Shown piece by piece: positions 21,863 through 31,536 of a stretch of DNA of 64,000 nucleotides. The stretch lies in the NCBI GenBank assembly GCA_963706025.1, contig CAVPLM010000003.1, positions 288,001 through 352,000 of the forward strand. Direction: 5' to 3'. Below the pieces are notes generated by a model. That model was given only the letters and a program-made list of their open reading frames with translations, did not search any database and was not told the origin of the DNA. Each line of letters starts with the position of its first letter. The first letter of the stretch is position 1. The translations under genes and the position numbers were made by a program. Source of the stretch: an uncultured Actinomycetes bacterium. GTDB taxonomy: Bacteria > Actinomycetota > Thermoleophilia > RBG-16-64-13.

Positions 21863-23108
21863 TCAGCCTAAGTTCTCCGCTCCCGACGCCGCGCGCGACT
21901 CCTCCAAGGCCACGCGTGCGGCGCAGCGCTGCTTGACCGGGTCGAGCCGCAGGGTGACGAAGAAGGTGATGATCGCGAACACGCAGGCGATGAGGAACGG
22001 GACCTGATAGCCCACGAAATTGAGGATGAAGCCTGCCGCTACCGGCACCACGATGGCGGTGGCGTGCAGGACGGTCACGCCCATGGCTAGGGTGGGGGCG
22101 ATGTCCTTGGGGACGGCGATCTTGCGCATGTAGGTCGCCGCGGCGATCGGTGAGACGGGGGTGATGAGGGCGTAGATAACGTAGAAGAAACAGGCGACCC
22201 ACACGTTCCCGGCCACGGCGTAGCCGGCCAGGGCCACCACGTAGGCGAGGTTGACGATGGTGAGGATGCGGCGCTCCCCATGCCGGTCGATCCTCCGGCC
22301 CACCCAAGAAGACACGGACCATGCTCGCGAACGTCACGACCATGAGCAGTATCGAGATCCCGGATACTCCGAGCCCGAAATGATTGACGAGCACCCACAA
22401 GCCGAAAGAGAAGAACACCTGCTGGCGGGCCCCATCGAGTAAGTTGAGCAGGTAGTAGAAGCGGTATTCCCGCCGGAACACTATCGGTTCCCTTTTGGGC
22501 GCCGCCGCCCTCAACTCCCCCTCGTGAAGGTGGGGGAAGCGGAAGATGGCGATCGCGCCTATCAAAGCGGCCACGCCCAGGATCACGAACGTGGGCTGGA
22601 ACGACAGCAGGTCGAACTGGAAGACGATGAAGATGAATGCAAAAGCGGCGAAGGTGCCGGCCTGGCCGAAGGCCGCCATGCGCCCAAGAACGGCGCCGCT
22701 CCTGTCCTCGGTCGTCAGGTCCATGCCGAGGGAGTACTGAGTCTGAAGGACGGTGTGGAAGCCGAAGCTTGTGATGAGAACCCAGGGGATGACCGTCCAA
22801 AAACCGGTCGACAGCGAGAACAAGGCGTAGCCGATACCAAGAGCCACAAGCGCCCCCGCCGTGACGTGCTGCAAGGACACCCGGTAGAGCATGGCAGTCA
22901 GGAAGATGAGGACGAAGCCGCCCACCTCGCGGATGGCCGTGATGTAGCCGAACTGGGGCCCTGAGAAGTGGAGCACTTCTTCGAAGTAGTTGGTGACGAT
23001 GCTGTTGTGCCCGTTCACGGCGAAGCCGAAGGCGGCGGACATCACCCCGAGCATGATGAAGCCCCGCCCCAAGGGGCTGCTCCACATCTCCCGGATTCGA
23101 CTTCTCAT
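21863..23108 (-). CDS. MFS transporter, one frameshift
   Basis: Multiple hydrophobic helices, IREVGG and GRRIDRHGER motifs; split over two ORFs. Confidence 0.85.
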
Positions 23109-23289
23109 GGACGGTACGCCAGCATTCGCTTTCCTCCGCGTCAACGGGCACTGTTCCCTGTGGGATAAGCAGGCCGGGGGCGACCGTCGGCCGGGTCCGC
23201 TCGGGTGGCCTCGCCGCGGCCCCGCAGTGGCCCCGCCGTATTGTACCCCCGTGTGGTTTGCCTGCGACTGCGTGGCGCTGTACCTTCAT

Positions 23290-24228
23290 ATGATGCGACC
23301 CGATCCCGACAACGCCCCGACCCCGCCCGCCTCGACGTCACCGGCGCCCCCGACCTCATCGGCCCCGCCGGCGGTTCCCGCGGCCGGGGCGCGGCGGGAC
23401 TCCGTGACCGCCGCGCTCTTGGTCGTCGCGGTCGGAGTGCTCATGCAGGCAGGATCGGCGCTGGCGGTCTTGGTCATCGACTCGGTGGGGGTGGTCCAGG
23501 CCCTCTGGCTGCGCACGGCTCTGGCCGCCATGCTACTGGCCGCGGTGAGGCCTCGTTCGGTACGTCTGCCCGCGAAGGGCGATAGGATGCTTCTGGCGGC
23601 GCTGACCCTGAGCCTGGTGGCGATGAACTTCAGCTTCTACCAGGCCATAAGCCGCGCGCCGGTTGGGATCGTGGTGGCGGTTGAGTTCCTGGGGCCTCTG
23701 GCCGTGGCAGTGGCCGGCTCTCGTCGGCTGCTGGATCTCGTCTGGGTCGTATTCGCCGGGGCTGGAGTGGCGCTGCTGGCCGGTCCCGGCGGTTCGGTCG
23801 GGCTCGCCGGTCTTCTGTTCGCGCTCCTGGCAGCCGCCTGCTGGGCCGCGTTCATCCTCCTGGCCAAGCGGGCGGTGACCCGCATGGAGCCCCTGCAGGT
23901 GAGCGTGATGATGCTGGTGGGAGCTTCTATCGTGTTGACCCCCATCTGGCTGATCACGGGGGTGAAGATCAGCGGGTACGGCCACGCCCTGCTCCTGGGT
24001 CTGGCGGTGGCCGTTCTATCATCGGCGCTGCCCTACTTCCTCGAACTGGCCGCCATCAAGCGCGTGCGTGCCTCGACCTATGGGGTGCTGCTCAGCATCG
24101 AGCCGGCGATCGCCGCGCTGATGGGGTTCATCATACTGTCGCAAGAACTGCGGGCGCGAGAGATCGTGGGCATCGTCGCCATAGTGGTGGCGGCCGCAGG
24201 AGCCAGTTACACCAGCAGTTCGGGATGA
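23290..24228 (+). CDS. EamA/RhtA-like DMT transporter
   Basis: MNFSFYQAISR, VEFLGPL, SSALPYFLE and SIEPAIAA. Confidence 0.9.
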   Translation: MMRPDPDNAPTPPASTSPAPPTSSAPPAVPAAGARRDSVTAALLVVAVGVLMQAGSALAVLVIDSVGVVQALWLRTALAAMLLAAVRPRSVRLPAKGDRMLLAALTLSLVAMNFSFYQAISRAPVGIVVAVEFLGPLAVAVAGSRRLLDLVWVVFAGAGVALLAGPGGSVGLAGLLFALLAAACWAAFILLAKRAVTRMEPLQVSVMMLVGASIVLTPIWLITGVKISGYGHALLLGLAVAVLSSALPYFLELAAIKRVRASTYGVLLSIEPAIAALMGFIILSQELRAREIVGIVAIVVAAAGASYTSSSG

Positions 24229-24276
24229 TGGGGGCACAGCATCCGGCCAAGGAGGAGCGGACAGCAGGGTGGGGAA

Positions 24277-25425
24277 GTGGGCGCTGACGCGGGCCGTGAC
24301 GCCGGTCCCCGCCACGCCCGCGACGCCGGCCGTGACGGTGCCGGCGAGGCTCCCCAAGCCGGCCCCGAAGCCGGCCGCAGCCTCCAAGCCGGCCCCGAAG
24401 CCGGCCGCAGCCCGAGGGCCACGAAACTGGCCGTAGCGGCACTTGCCGGCCAGTCGATCTTCCTCGGCTACAACTGGGTGGTCATGAAGGTGGCCCTCCA
24501 GTACTCCGATCCCTGGCCCTTCACCGCCCTTCGTACCGGACTGGGGGCCCTCTCCCTGTTCGTACTGCTGGCCGTCTTGCGCCGGGATCTACGCCCTCGG
24601 CAGCCTCTCCTCACCGTGCTGCTCGGCGTGCTCCAGACGACGCTCGGTATCGGACTCCTCATGTGGGCGCTTCAGACGGGCGCCGCCGGCCGGGTATCCG
24701 CGCTCGTCTATACCATGCCGTTCTGGGCGCTTCTGCTCGCGTGGATCTTCCTGGGTGAGCGCATTCACGGCCTGCAATGGTTGGCCGCCATCCTTTCCTT
24801 CGCCGGCCTGGTGCTGGTGCTGGACCCGGCGAATCTTGCGGCGACCCTGCAAAGCAAACTCCTGGCGATCGGAGCCGGGATCGCCTGGGCGGCGAGCACC
24901 ATAGTGGCGAAGAAGATCCGCCGGCGTGAGCCGGTGGACGTGATCAACCTCACGGCGTGGCAGATGCTGTTCGGCAGCATCCCGATAATCATCGTCGCGC
25001 TGATCATCCCTTGGAATCCGATCGTATGGTCCGACACCTTCATCGCGGCCCTGATCTACAACGTGATCCCGGCGACGGCCGTCGCCTGGGCCCTCTGGCT
25101 CTACGTTCTGCAGGTGCTGCCCGCGGGCGTGGCGGGCATCGGAACGTTGGCAACTCCTGTTATCGGGATCACCGCCGCGGCGATACAACTGGGGGAGCGG
25201 GTCACAGTCACAGAGGCTGCCGGTATGGCCGCGATCATCGCGGCTCTTCTGGTGCTGACGCTCCGAGGTCTGCTTTCAGGCCGCGCCGCTCGCAGGGCCC
25301 GCTCCGGTCCGACTGTGCCCGCGCTCGTCGGACCGGAGCCTCCGGCACCGGATCCGGTTAGCCGAGCGGGGGCTGCGACCGCCGCGCGGGACACGGTCCC
25401 TGGAGAAGAAAGGGCGCCCGATTAG
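24277..25425 (+). CDS. EamA-family DMT transporter
   Basis: GYNWVVMK, YTMPFW..LGERI and TAWQMLFG. Confidence 0.88.
   Translation: MGADAGRDAGPRHARDAGRDGAGEAPQAGPEAGRSLQAGPEAGRSPRATKLAVAALAGQSIFLGYNWVVMKVALQYSDPWPFTALRTGLGALSLFVLLAVLRRDLRPRQPLLTVLLGVLQTTLGIGLLMWALQTGAAGRVSALVYTMPFWALLLAWIFLGERIHGLQWLAAILSFAGLVLVLDPANLAATLQSKLLAIGAGIAWAASTIVAKKIRRREPVDVINLTAWQMLFGSIPIIIVALIIPWNPIVWSDTFIAALIYNVIPATAVAWALWLYVLQVLPAGVAGIGTLATPVIGITAAAIQLGERVTVTEAAGMAAIIAALLVLTLRGLLSGRAARRARSGPTVPALVGPEPPAPDPVSRAGAATAARDTVPGEERAPD
24354..24412 (+). repeat. Tandem 29-bp duplication (period 30) in the EamA N-terminal tail
   Basis: CCAAGCCGGCCCCGAAGCCGGCCGCAGCC at 24354 and at 24384. Confidence 0.85.
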
Positions 25426-25432
25426 ACCGCGA

Positions 25433-25636
25433 TCAGATCTTCCCCTTCTCCACCAGCTTCGCGAAATGGGTGAACGAGCGATCGTACGTGCGTTCCGCCT
25501 CGGGCGGGAAGGCACAGGCGGGAAGCTCCCGGCTTCTGAGGTGGTAGGCGATGCAGTCGCAGCAGACCCCCTTGCGGGAACAGCCTTGCCACGTGCAGTT
25601 GCAGCAGCCCAGATTCGCTTCCTTCTTGCACTCCAT
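25433..25636 (-). CDS. Small Cys-rich protein (DUF6485-like)
   Basis: [27 protein letters not shown]; RBS AAGGAG. Confidence 0.8.
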   Translation of the reverse strand: MECKKEANLGCCNCTWQGCSRKGVCCDCIAYHLRSRELPACAFPPEAERTYDRSFTHFAKLVEKGKI

Positions 25637-25796
25637 CGTCGCTCCTTGTCGAGGTATCGCGGGCCGCGCCAGGTCGGGGTGCCCGGTATCGCCTTCCTCC
25701 ATTATGCAGTGTCCAGTGGCCCCGCTGTGATTCCAGGGTATCTAGCTGTGAACGTCCCTCGATCGATGTGGACCGCGCAGTGGGTCACTATAGGAT

Positions 25797-25824
25797 TTGA
25801 CATGTAGATAACAAATAGTAAACT
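25797..25824 (+). promoter_or_regulatory. Putative sigma70 promoter of the regulator gene
   Basis: TTGACA-16 bp-TAAACT in an AT-rich patch. Confidence 0.5.
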
Positions 25825-25841
25825 AACCGTGTGACCCGCGC

Positions 25842-26778
25842 ATGCGATCTTTGACCATCACCGAACTCGAAGAAGCGACCGGCGTCCCCCGTAGCACCAT
25901 CTACTTCTACGTGCGGGAGGGTCTGCTGCCCACGGCGCAGAAAGCGGCGGCGAGCCGGGCCATCTACGCGGAGTCACACGTCGATCTGCTCAAGGAGATC
26001 GCCCGGCTGAAAGCTGAAGGGTGGCCCCTGCGGATCATCAAGGAGCGATTGGCGCCTCAAGTCGCATCGGTCCGCGCTCTCGACGTCGACTTGGTGGCCG
26101 AACAGGCCGAACAGACTCGGCAGTCGATCCTGGTGGCCGCGGCCCGCCTTTTTGCGCGCAAAGGGTACAAACGCACCCGCGTCGCCGATATCATCAAGGA
26201 GGTCGGCGTCACGCCGCCGGTCTTCTACAGCCACTTCCCCTCCAAGAGGGAACTCTTCGTGGAATCCTTCGGGGTCTTCGTGGGTTGGATGCGTGGGTTC
26301 GTCGAACCTCAACTTGACGCCGAACCCGACGCCGCCGCCCGGGACTTGCGGCGAGTACACGGTTACTTCGGCGTGCAGGCCTTGAGTCCCGATCTGATGT
26401 CCCTGGTACGTTCCGAGGCCCTCCACGAAGACGGCGATATTCGCAAGGTGGTGGAGAGGTCTTACAAGGACATGACCGAGGGCACCCTCGGCGATTTGGT
26501 CCGGCTTCGGGAAGAGCGGGGAACGATACTGCCTGCGGCGGACGAACTCGTCGCTTTCGGGTTGCTGGGTGGAGTGGAGAACATCGTGATGCGGGCCTCG
26601 TGGGACGAGCGCTACTCTAACGCGTGACGTCTTGTGGACGACTCTCTGCATGTTCCTCGCCGTCGAAGCGCTCTACACCGGTCGTTTGGATCTCGGGCAC
26701 GAGCTTGCAGGATACGCTGAGCTGGTCGACCGGTTGGCGACGGCTGCCCCGCCGGTGCCGCCCGCGGCACTCGCCTAG
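25842..26778 (+). CDS. MerR-HTH/TetR fusion regulator, with a frameshift near 26625
   Basis: N-terminal LTITELEEATGVPRSTIYFYVREGLL, then TetR AARLFARKGY..FYSHFPSKREL; an alternative frame continues to TAG at 26778. Confidence 0.85.
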
Positions 26779-26785
26779 GCTCCGA

Positions 26786-26824
26786 TTGACAATCGCCTGA
26801 TCTGACTTTAGTATTTGTAATACT
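26786..26824 (+). promoter_or_regulatory. Promoter with an overlapping palindromic operator for the EthD/Phy/CHI operon
   Basis: TTGACA (26786)-17 bp-TAGTAT; AGTATT-tgt-AATACT inverted repeat at 26810-26824. Confidence 0.65.
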
Positions 26825-26877
26825 GGGAACAAGTCCTATAGCCACAGTCCCGTAGTCACCCGCCTAGGAGGTGCTCA

Positions 26878-27669
26878 GTGCCCATCAAACTCATGGCGGC
26901 TTCCCGTCGTCGCCCCGGCCTGACTCGAGCGGAGTACTTCCGCTACCTCGAGCATTATCACGGCACCGTCGCCCGACTGGAGCGCTTCAAGATCGACCGG
27001 TACATCCAGAACCACGTGATCGACGGCGCCTTCGGAGTACTCTCCGATACCAGCCACAAGAACAAGGCCGTGGACCGCGAAGGTGTGGTCGAGCTCTACT
27101 TCAGCGAGTTCCGGGACATGCTCGACACCCTTGAGCCCCAGGGGGTGGAGCAATCGCGGGCCAACCAGGACGGCAAGTTCTTCGCCGACGAGCCGACGAA
27201 CATCATCGTCATGGCGGAAGAAGTGGAGTTGCCGGTGTCGAATCCCCGGCCCAAGTTCAACCCGGGATTGGGAGAATCCGGTTGCGGCGCGGTCAAGGTC
27301 CTGCACTACATCATGCGCAAGCCTGAGGTATTCCCCAACGACTACCACAAGCTCTGGCGCCAGGCGCACGACGAAGCCATGGCCAAGTCCCCGTACGCCC
27401 AGGAGATGTTCCGCAAGATCGTTCTGAGCAAGCGCGCCCGGGTGAACGACAACGATGCCGCCGCCCGGGCCCACTTCCGCATGGTCGATCCGCCCGTCTA
27501 TGACCTGGTGGTGTCGGTCACCCTGGACAGCATGGAGCAGGTGGGGGCCTTCAGGCAGTACCTCGAGGCCATGCAGGAAAGCCCGCTCGACTTCGCCGAT
27601 TGGTCGGAGTCGTTCTTCCTCTACGTGCGGCCGGTGCGCATCATCGACGACGCGCCGCCGAAGGACTGA
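26878..27669 (+). CDS. Tandem EthD-domain protein
   Basis: RRRPGLTRAEYFRY..HG..RYIQNHV..GVVELYF, and a second repeat RKPEV..WRQAH. Confidence 0.82.
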   Translation: MPIKLMAASRRRPGLTRAEYFRYLEHYHGTVARLERFKIDRYIQNHVIDGAFGVLSDTSHKNKAVDREGVVELYFSEFRDMLDTLEPQGVEQSRANQDGKFFADEPTNIIVMAEEVELPVSNPRPKFNPGLGESGCGAVKVLHYIMRKPEVFPNDYHKLWRQAHDEAMAKSPYAQEMFRKIVLSKRARVNDNDAAARAHFRMVDPPVYDLVVSVTLDSMEQVGAFRQYLEAMQESPLDFADWSESFFLYVRPVRIIDDAPPKD

Positions 27670-27704
27670 CCAAGCGTTCCTCTCGATCTAGTGAAGGGAT
27701 CGTC

Positions 27705-28616
27705 ATGACTCAAGACAAGAACACGCCCGAGTGGAAGGCGCAGAAGACCTACACTCAGAACCGGGCCGACAGCGAGCTCAAGGCCACTCTGCCCCCGCTC
27801 ACTCCGGAGGAAGAGGCCCGGCCTTTCGCCAAGTACTACTACGAACCCCTCAAGCAGCCGGATCCCGCCCACTACGCCGCGATGGAAGTGCCCATCGACC
27901 CGGCCAGGGCCTTCGGTCCTGAAGAGCTCGATCGGATGCTCGACCCTAAGCGTCTGGAGACCCAAGAGGTCGAGGTGGGCTGGTGCAACCTCCCCAATGG
28001 CGCCGGCTTCATCGCCAACACCATCGTCTACCCCGACGTGACCGCGGAGATGATCGACTGGTGGTTCGTCTGGCACACGCTGGAAGACCTGCGCTACCGC
28101 ATCTGGTATCCCCCGCAGCACGCCGGCATCATGCTCAGCCCCATCGACCGGGCCCGCATCCTCGATCCGGACATCCCCATGCGCGAGAAGAACTGGGGCG
28201 TTACCCACTACGTGACCGAGAACTGCGACTGCGGTATGGAGAACGTCGACATCAGCTTCCGTTCGCCGCAGGACATGGGCTTCGACATGGACCGGTTCGA
28301 CAAGGTAGCGGCCACGTTCGCAGGCGGCGGTGGCTGGGCGGTCACCGTCTGCAAGTGCGACACGTCGATCACCGCGCCGGCCATCATGTGCCACATGTTC
28401 TACGAGGTGCCCGGCGGTCTGCGGCACCGCACCCGCTTCTGGATGGGCTACCGATTCACCGAGGACGGCAAGCCGGAGCTATGCCTGCCTCCTGGAGTAG
28501 CGGTCCCCGCGGATGCGGTACAGGGCTTGGCCCGGCACAACGTCAAGGAGTTCACGCGTTTCGGCGATTTCCTGCCCCGGATCTACAAGGAGTTGGGTCC
28601 CAGCCTGTACTGCTAG
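27705..28616 (+). CDS. Phloretin hydrolase / DAPG hydrolase PhlG-family C-C hydrolase
   Basis: MIDWWFVWH..LRYRIWYPPQH, HYVTE, MCH..RTRFWMG and HNVKEF (His/Glu/His/Glu metal set). Confidence 0.9.
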   Translation: MTQDKNTPEWKAQKTYTQNRADSELKATLPPLTPEEEARPFAKYYYEPLKQPDPAHYAAMEVPIDPARAFGPEELDRMLDPKRLETQEVEVGWCNLPNGAGFIANTIVYPDVTAEMIDWWFVWHTLEDLRYRIWYPPQHAGIMLSPIDRARILDPDIPMREKNWGVTHYVTENCDCGMENVDISFRSPQDMGFDMDRFDKVAATFAGGGGWAVTVCKCDTSITAPAIMCHMFYEVPGGLRHRTRFWMGYRFTEDGKPELCLPPGVAVPADAVQGLARHNVKEFTRFGDFLPRIYKELGPSLYC

Positions 28617-28733
28617 GGAGTCCGCACGGCGGCCGCCCTGCCGATGCGGCCGCTCCGTCGGGTGCAGCTGCTCTGTCGGGCATGACCGCTCCGTCCTGCG
28701 CGCAGGACCTGTCGACGAAGGAGGAGAACGAAA

Positions 28734-29517
28734 GTGATCAAGTCGATCGTGCTGATGAGTCTCCCGATAGACGACATCGCGGAGATGGAACGGTGGTACT
28801 ACCGAGAGCACTCCTCGGAGATCTCGCGTCGCTATGGGCCTTGGCTGGAGCGGCACGAGAGCTTCGCGGCCCTCGAGCGCCCCGGCCGATGCCCGCGAAT
28901 ACGGCTTCTACGACTGGCGTTTGACCGAGTGCTTCTGGCGCGAGGTACCGCTGCCCGGCCCCCGGGGGGCCTATTGTTTCACCCCGGCGCCGGTGTGGAA
29001 CCCCATCGTAGCCTGCGCGGTGCCGGCGCAACCCAGCGAGGATTTCCTGGGCTGGGACGGCTTCGCAACCGACCGGGCCTGCATTCGCTGGTATCAGATC
29101 TTCCGCTACCCGCTGGGCGTGCGCTTGAACGACGGGGAAGACTGGTACCTGAACGTGCATGCGCCCGAGGTGATGAAACAGCCGGGCCTGCGCCGCTTCT
29201 TCAGCTACCGAGCGGTCAAGCCCCCTGTCCCCCTGCCGGGCATGTGGCATCCGGACGCGACGCCCCCCGAAGACATGCAGTTGGTGCAGTGGGACCGGGT
29301 CACCGAGCTGTGGTACGAGAGTTTCGCAGCGTGGCGGAACGCGGTCATCAGCAACCCGCCGCAGTACACCCTGCCGGATTGGGCTACCGATCCGTTCTAT
29401 CCCGAGACCACCGACAAGTTCCCGTTCTTCAAGCCGGGGGTCGACTTCGTGAGCACCTTCTTGCTCGAGCGGCCCACCGACGAATTCAAACGCGACACCC
29501 GCTACTACCTGCCGTAG
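28734..29517 (+). CDS. Bacterial chalcone isomerase-like protein, with a frameshift near 28875
   Basis: ERWYYREH, GFYDWRLTECFW, YPLGV..GEDWY, VTELWYE and FPFFKP parallel Eubacterium ramulus CHI as recalled (RWIYKVH, GYARMQLTEHHW, FPFLKP). Confidence 0.72.
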
Positions 29518-29584
29518 GTCGGAGTGCAGGTCGAGGCAGACGCAGCGGGGCGGAGCGACGTGAGCCGAATGGAGGCGATCCCTA

Positions 29585-30421
29585 ATGGCTGAGGCGAAGA
29601 TACGAGAACTGACCGCCGAGGAGAAGGCGAAACCCTACTCCAAGTACTACTACCGGCCGGTGGACGATCCCGACCCGGTGCTGCTCGAGCTGGTGCGGCC
29701 GGACCGACCCATGGATTCGGCCAAGGCCCTCTATCCCGAAGACATCAACCGCCTGCTCGACCCCGGCTACATGGAGGTCGAGACCGGCTGGTGCAGCCTG
29801 CCCAATGGAGCCGGCTACATCTGCGTCAACAACAAGATGCCCGGCGTCACCGTTGACATGCTCGATTGGTGGTTCGCCTGGCACTCGCTGGCCGGCATGC
29901 ACTATGGCATCTGGTATCCGCCGGGCCACTTCGGCATCTCCATCAGCGAGAAGGACCGCAAGAAGGTGCTCGACCCGACCGTTCCCATCAAAGAGAAGAT
30001 CTACGGCCGCACCGATCACGTCGTCGAAGACGTGGGCACGGGAGCCGAGGACATCTTCATCTTCTTCTGTCACCCCTCGGAGTTGGGATTTGACATGGAC
30101 CGGTTCCGTCCACCCGCCGTGGCCGCGGTCTACGGTGGCTATGGCTTGGATATGCCGCAAAACGCGCAGCCCTGGACCATCCGAGCCCCGGCCATCATGT
30201 GCCACTTCATCCGCGAGATCCCCGGCGGTGTCGAGTTCCGGACCCGGTTCTGGATGGGATACACGCTGATTGATGGCAAGCCGCTGTACATGCTGCCTTA
30301 CGGGGTGAAGGTGCCGGTCGAGGCCATCCAGGGGCTCGCGGAGCACAATGTGCGGGAGTATACGAACCTGCGCAATGTGCTTCCCGAGATCTACACGGAA
30401 CTCGGGGGGCGTATCCCCTGA
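29585..30421 (+). CDS. Second phloretin hydrolase / PhlG-family hydrolase
   Basis: MPGVTVDMLDWWFAWH, YPPGH, HVVEDVG, RTRFWMG and HNVREYTNL. Confidence 0.9.
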   Translation: MAEAKIRELTAEEKAKPYSKYYYRPVDDPDPVLLELVRPDRPMDSAKALYPEDINRLLDPGYMEVETGWCSLPNGAGYICVNNKMPGVTVDMLDWWFAWHSLAGMHYGIWYPPGHFGISISEKDRKKVLDPTVPIKEKIYGRTDHVVEDVGTGAEDIFIFFCHPSELGFDMDRFRPPAVAAVYGGYGLDMPQNAQPWTIRAPAIMCHFIREIPGGVEFRTRFWMGYTLIDGKPLYMLPYGVKVPVEAIQGLAEHNVREYTNLRNVLPEIYTELGGRIP

Positions 30422-30438
30422 GCCCGTCGGGGCGGGGC

Positions 30439-31338
30439 CTACTGCAGTTCGGCCTCAAAATGGCCGGCGACGCTCGCCCGGATGTGGATCATGAGCGCCC
30501 GCGCCGCGGTCGAGACAGGGTGTTCGCGGAGATGGATGAGGTCGAGCGACCGGACGGGGCGCTCCAGCAAGGAGATGGCGACGAGCCCCTCCAGGGTCTC
30601 GGGAACAATGAGCATCTTGGGGACAAGGGCGACCCCCAGCCCTTGCCTGGCGAGAGCCTTGGTGAGTTCTACGTAGTTAGCTCGATACGGGACTCGAGGC
30701 TCAAAGCCAGCCCGCCGGCAGACGTCCATCAGCAGATTGGACATGTTCATCGAATGGCCGGGAAGCAGAATGGGTTCGTCGGCCAGACAACTCAGCGAAA
30801 CCGGCAAGCCGCTTGCCAAGCGGTGGTCACTAGGGACCACCAGAAGTATCTCCTCGGTCAGGATGCGAGTGGTCGCGGCTCGGGGGGATCCCCATGCAGT
30901 CACGATGGCGCAGTCAAGCTCCCCGTTCATGACTGCTTCCTCCAGGAGTACGTCCTCTCGCTCGATGAGATCGAGATGGACCCGGGGGTATGTCTTGATG
31001 AAGGAAGCAAGGATCGGGGCCAAGAGATGAGCGAAGACCGTCCCGGTGGACCCCAGGCTGACCTTGCTGGAGAGCGTTCCCACGTGTTCCCGGATCATTC
31101 GGGAGGCGTCGTCGGCGCGCGCGATTATGTTCCTGGCCAGGGGAAGCAAGAGCCTGCCGTCGGCCGTGCACTCGACGCGGCGACCGTACCGCTCGAAGAG
31201 CTGAGCCCCCAACTCCGTCTCCAGCCGGGCGATCTGGCGGCTGATGGCCGGCTGGGAGAGATGTACGAGCGAGGCCGCTCGGGTGAAGCTGCGGGCCTCG
31301 GCCACGGCGACGAACGATCTGAGCTGATCGAGTTCCAT
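30439..31338 (-). CDS. LysR-family regulator
   Basis: FVAVAEARSFTRAA..SQPAISRQIARLE. Confidence 0.95.
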   Translation of the reverse strand: MELDQLRSFVAVAEARSFTRAASLVHLSQPAISRQIARLETELGAQLFERYGRRVECTADGRLLLPLARNIIARADDASRMIREHVGTLSSKVSLGSTGTVFAHLLAPILASFIKTYPRVHLDLIEREDVLLEEAVMNGELDCAIVTAWGSPRAATTRILTEEILLVVPSDHRLASGLPVSLSCLADEPILLPGHSMNMSNLLMDVCRRAGFEPRVPYRANYVELTKALARQGLGVALVPKMLIVPETLEGLVAISLLERPVRSLDLIHLREHPVSTAARALMIHIRASVAGHFEAELQ

Positions 31339-31536
31339 CTATGCACGATTGTAATGGCAACGGCTACCTATGCAAAGGGGACGGGGAGACCCCCCTTCTG
31401 CCGGTGCGGGACTATATTGGGACGGTGACTGTGCCACCTCTGACCCACGGTGCGGCGCAGAACCTTGAATTGGCGGCAGACGGCCTGATGGGAATGGTAC
31501 CCTCCGCCAATAGTGTGGAATCAACGTTAGAAAGAG

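Noticed and set aside
24286-24412. Short GC-rich repeats resembling a mini-CRISPR
   Set aside because: Only two adjacent copies, no spacers and no cas genes; this is a low-complexity coding tail.
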